Made by a program: the position numbers and the translations under genes. 64,000 nucleotides of DNA, taken from a virus (lineage: Duplodnaviria > Caudoviricetes). Positions 61,762 through 64,000 of the stretch are shown piece after piece. The stretch covers positions 64,871 through 128,870 of IMG/VR virus record IMGVR_UViG_2654587976_000001; one strand, given 5' to 3'. The notes beneath the pieces were generated by a model. It was given only the letters and a program-made list of their open reading frames with translations, had not been told where the DNA came from and did no database searches. Within the stretch, counting starts at the first letter, position 1, and each line of letters starts with the position of its first letter.

Positions 61762-61795
61762 AATCGGTCATTTATTTAGAATGAAAATAAAATAA

Positions 61796-62002
61796 GTGTA
61801 TTGGAGGTGGAGGATAATAACTGAGCACTTTAAGAACATTCAAATACTGTTCAACAAAATGGAAAGACAAATGGGTACGGTGAAAGAGGCTCTCGAGAAC
61901 AAAGAATACGAAAGAGCCCACCGTAACCTGATTAACCTTTCAGATAATAATGAAGAATTAATGCAGGAAATCAGATGGGCTCGGAAAGGGATTAAGATTT
62001 AA
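61796..62002 (+). CDS. Hypothetical protein (YotK-like; start may be ATA 61817)
   Basis: ORF; the SD lies inside the annotated N-terminus. Confidence 0.6.
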   Translation: MYWRWRIITEHFKNIQILFNKMERQMGTVKEALENKEYERAHRNLINLSDNNEELMQEIRWARKGIKI

Positions 62003-62249
62003 CTATTCTTCTTTCTTTATGGTTCCATTCGTACAGCTCTTCAATTGAGCAACCAATGGCATCAGCAAAAGTCATGCCCGTAGCTAAGTTCATATTTGCT
62101 TTAGCTCCACTTATATAATCGTGGATACGTTGTCTCGGGTATCCTGTGCGTTTGAATAGGTCATCAACTGTGAGGTCATATTCAAACATTAATTCATTTA
62201 AACGTGGGCGTAGGGGTGTCCATTGCTTCATTTCGTACACTTCTTTCAA
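61992..62249 (-). CDS. yotL: Xre-family HTH regulator
   Basis: HTH similar to YopS (IGCSIEELYEW). Confidence 0.8.
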   Translation of the reverse strand: MKEVYEMKQWTPLRPRLNELMFEYDLTVDDLFKRTGYPRQRIHDYISGAKANMNLATGMTFADAIGCSIEELYEWNHKERRIVKS

Positions 62250-62328
62250 TATTAATTGACATAAAACAGTGTATCAAAGGTTTATTTTAATATCAATTTT
62301 AGTTTCAATATTTTAGGAGAGTGATTGA

Positions 62329-62883
62329 TTGGCAGGTACAAACCAGGGTAAGGTTTTTGAAGCAAATATAGAAAAATCTGCAAAAGATCAGAAGGTATTC
62401 TTCTACAGAATTAAAGATGTTAATCCAATGTTTTTAAAAAGGGGAGCAGCAGTATCAAAAAACAATTATGATTGTTTCCTACACTTTAAAGGATACTTAT
62501 TTCCCTTAGAACTTAAATCAACAAAAGACAAGTCTATAGCCTTTCGAGAGAAGATTATAAAGCCGCAGCAGATAAAACACTTAAAAGAGGCTACGCAATA
62601 TCCAAAAGTAATCCCAGGGTTTCTGTTTCAATTTAGAGAGCCAGAAAATAAAGTTTATTTCGTACATATTAATGATTTCCTTACATATAAGAACATAGCT
62701 GAAAATCAGTTGTCACATACATATAGGAATAAAGTAAACAAATCCAGCATTCCAATTGCAATTTGCGAAGAGATCGGCACAGAAGTCCGTTCGATGAAGA
62801 AAAAAGTTAACTATACATATTACTTGAACAAGCTTTGCGATGATTTGATTAAAAAAGAACAGCAGAGTGTGAGCGCTGTATGA
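62329..62883 (+). CDS. yotM: RecU-like Holliday junction resolvase
   Basis: GKVFE...YD...ELKSTK...IKPQQIKHL. Confidence 0.85.
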   Translation: MAGTNQGKVFEANIEKSAKDQKVFFYRIKDVNPMFLKRGAAVSKNNYDCFLHFKGYLFPLELKSTKDKSIAFREKIIKPQQIKHLKEATQYPKVIPGFLFQFREPENKVYFVHINDFLTYKNIAENQLSHTYRNKVNKSSIPIAICEEIGTEVRSMKKKVNYTYYLNKLCDDLIKKEQQSVSAV

Positions 62884-63044
62884 GTGAATTCGTTAAATCA
62901 TCGTCAAAGCAATCGTTTGAAATAGAAAAATATCGTATAACGATTGAAAGCATGAATCAACCATCGGCTGATGCAATTAAGAAAGTGAATCTAAAAGTGA
63001 ATGAAGTAATGTCTAATTTATTAGCAAAAGAAAAGAGCCATTAA
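62880..63044 (+). CDS. 54-aa protein in the sprB position (candidate recombination directionality factor)
   Basis: ATGA overlap with yotM; last phage ORF before attR. Confidence 0.55.
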   Translation: MSEFVKSSSKQSFEIEKYRITIESMNQPSADAIKKVNLKVNEVMSNLLAKEKSH

Positions 63045-63060
63045 GCCGGCTCTTTTTTTG
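63031..63060 (+). terminator. Terminator at the prophage end
   Basis: AAAAGAGCC...GGCTCTTTT hairpin with T-run. Confidence 0.85.
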
Positions 63061-63100
63061 TTGTACTTAAACTATAACGCTTGTGACGATTATCGGGATG
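63061..63100. other. Probable attR junction inside pbuX
   Basis: PbuX similarity starts abruptly at VTIIG; GC step at about 63080. Confidence 0.75.
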
Positions 63101-64000
63101 ACCTTAATGCCGGTCGCGATGAATCATATTGCCGGCGGGGAAGGCAGCGAGGATTTCGGTGATCCGGCTAACCTTGCCCTCGGATTTACGGTGCTCGTCA
63201 TCATCGTGCTGCTTTATCGGTTTACAAAAGGATTTTTGAAATCCATTTCGATTTTAATCGGCATTGTCATCGGGACGGCCATCGCATATTTTATGGGAAA
63301 AGTGCAATTTGACAATGTGGCGAATGCTGACGCAATTCAGATGATTAAACCGTTTTATTTCGGGACGCCGACATTTCATGCGGCACCGATTATTACGATG
63401 TCCATCGTTGCCATTGTCAGCCTTGTTGAGTCAACCGGCGTCTATTTCGCTCTCGGTGACCTGACAAACCGGCGCCTGTCTGAACGTGATTTAGCAAAAG
63501 GCTACCGCGCGGAAGGCCTGGCGGTATTCATCAGCGGCATTTTTAATGCTTTTCCGTACACGGCTTATTCCCAAAACGTCGGCCTCGTGCAGCTGACGGG
63601 AATTAAGAAAAACGCGGTCATCGGTGTCACGGGCGCACTTTTAATGCTCTTCGGCCTTTTTCCGAAAATCGCAGCCTTCACGACCATCATCCCGTCTTCG
63701 GTGCTGGGAGGCGCGATGGTGGCCATGTTCGGCATGGTCATTTCCTACGGCATTAAAATGCTCAGTCAAATTGACTTTAAAAAGCAGGAAAACCTTCTGA
63801 TCGTCGCGTGTTCGGTCGGATTGGGACTCGGTGTAACCGTCGTTCCCGATATGTTTAAGCACCTGCCGTCTTACTTAAATCTGCTGACCACAAACGGAAT
63901 CGTCGCCGGAAGCTTTACCGCCGTGATTTTGAATATTGTTTATAATATGATTCCTAAAACGAAAAAAACCCTTGATGTGACAAGGGTTCAAGAGGGTTAG
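63083..64000 (+). pseudogene. pbuX: 3' part of host xanthine permease (NCS2), split by the prophage
   Basis: ESTG, YSQNVGLVQLTG NAT signature, VLGGA; N-terminal part missing. Confidence 0.92.

Larger units (their letters stand above)
1..63080. mobile_element. SPbeta/phi3T-like prophage, right arm (continues left of the window)
   Basis: Gene order aimR-aimP-aimX-yopM..S, yoq, yorA..R, nrdIEF, yot matches SPbeta-like phages; low GC; ends at a truncated host pbuX. Confidence 0.97.

Noticed and set aside
1-64000. CRISPR array, tRNA or rRNA genes
   Set aside because: No regular repeat-spacer array, cloverleaf or rRNA-like sequence seen by eye; the dispersed motifs are short and irregularly spaced
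63083-64000. Intact 305-aa permease
   Set aside because: Lacks the N-terminal helices and an RBS; better explained as the 3' part of a split pbuX

Overview
About 63 kb of an SPbeta/phi3T-like Bacillus prophage (right arm: yop, yoq, yor, yos and yot blocks), ending at a probable attR near 63080 where the phage interrupts the host xanthine permease gene pbuX and GC content rises abruptly. It carries a complete phi3T-type arbitrium system: AimR, a 43-aa AimP ending in SAIRGA, a 37-bp ATGTTC-N25-GAACAT operator and a MazE-mimic AimX, followed by the sro/yopM-R repression operon. A second MazE mimic (YosL-like) lies upstream of nrdI. Other content: a full replisome (SSB, helicase, primase, RecJ, DnaE), nucleotide metabolism (nrdIEF with an 808-nt group I intron and HNH gene in nrdF, dUTPase, thyA, dfr), two tandem amino-methyltransferases, an orphan HicB, a Cys-rich secreted toxin candidate with a small membrane partner, and an sspC remnant cut off by an HNH gene. 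The main unexplained signal is a 16-bp palindrome, T(A/G)AAA-N6-TTT(T/C)A, found at about 25 accessory-gene junctions, often supplying the stop codon and bracketing single genes like cassettes. SPbeta gene names come from recalled similarity and synteny; no database search was run.
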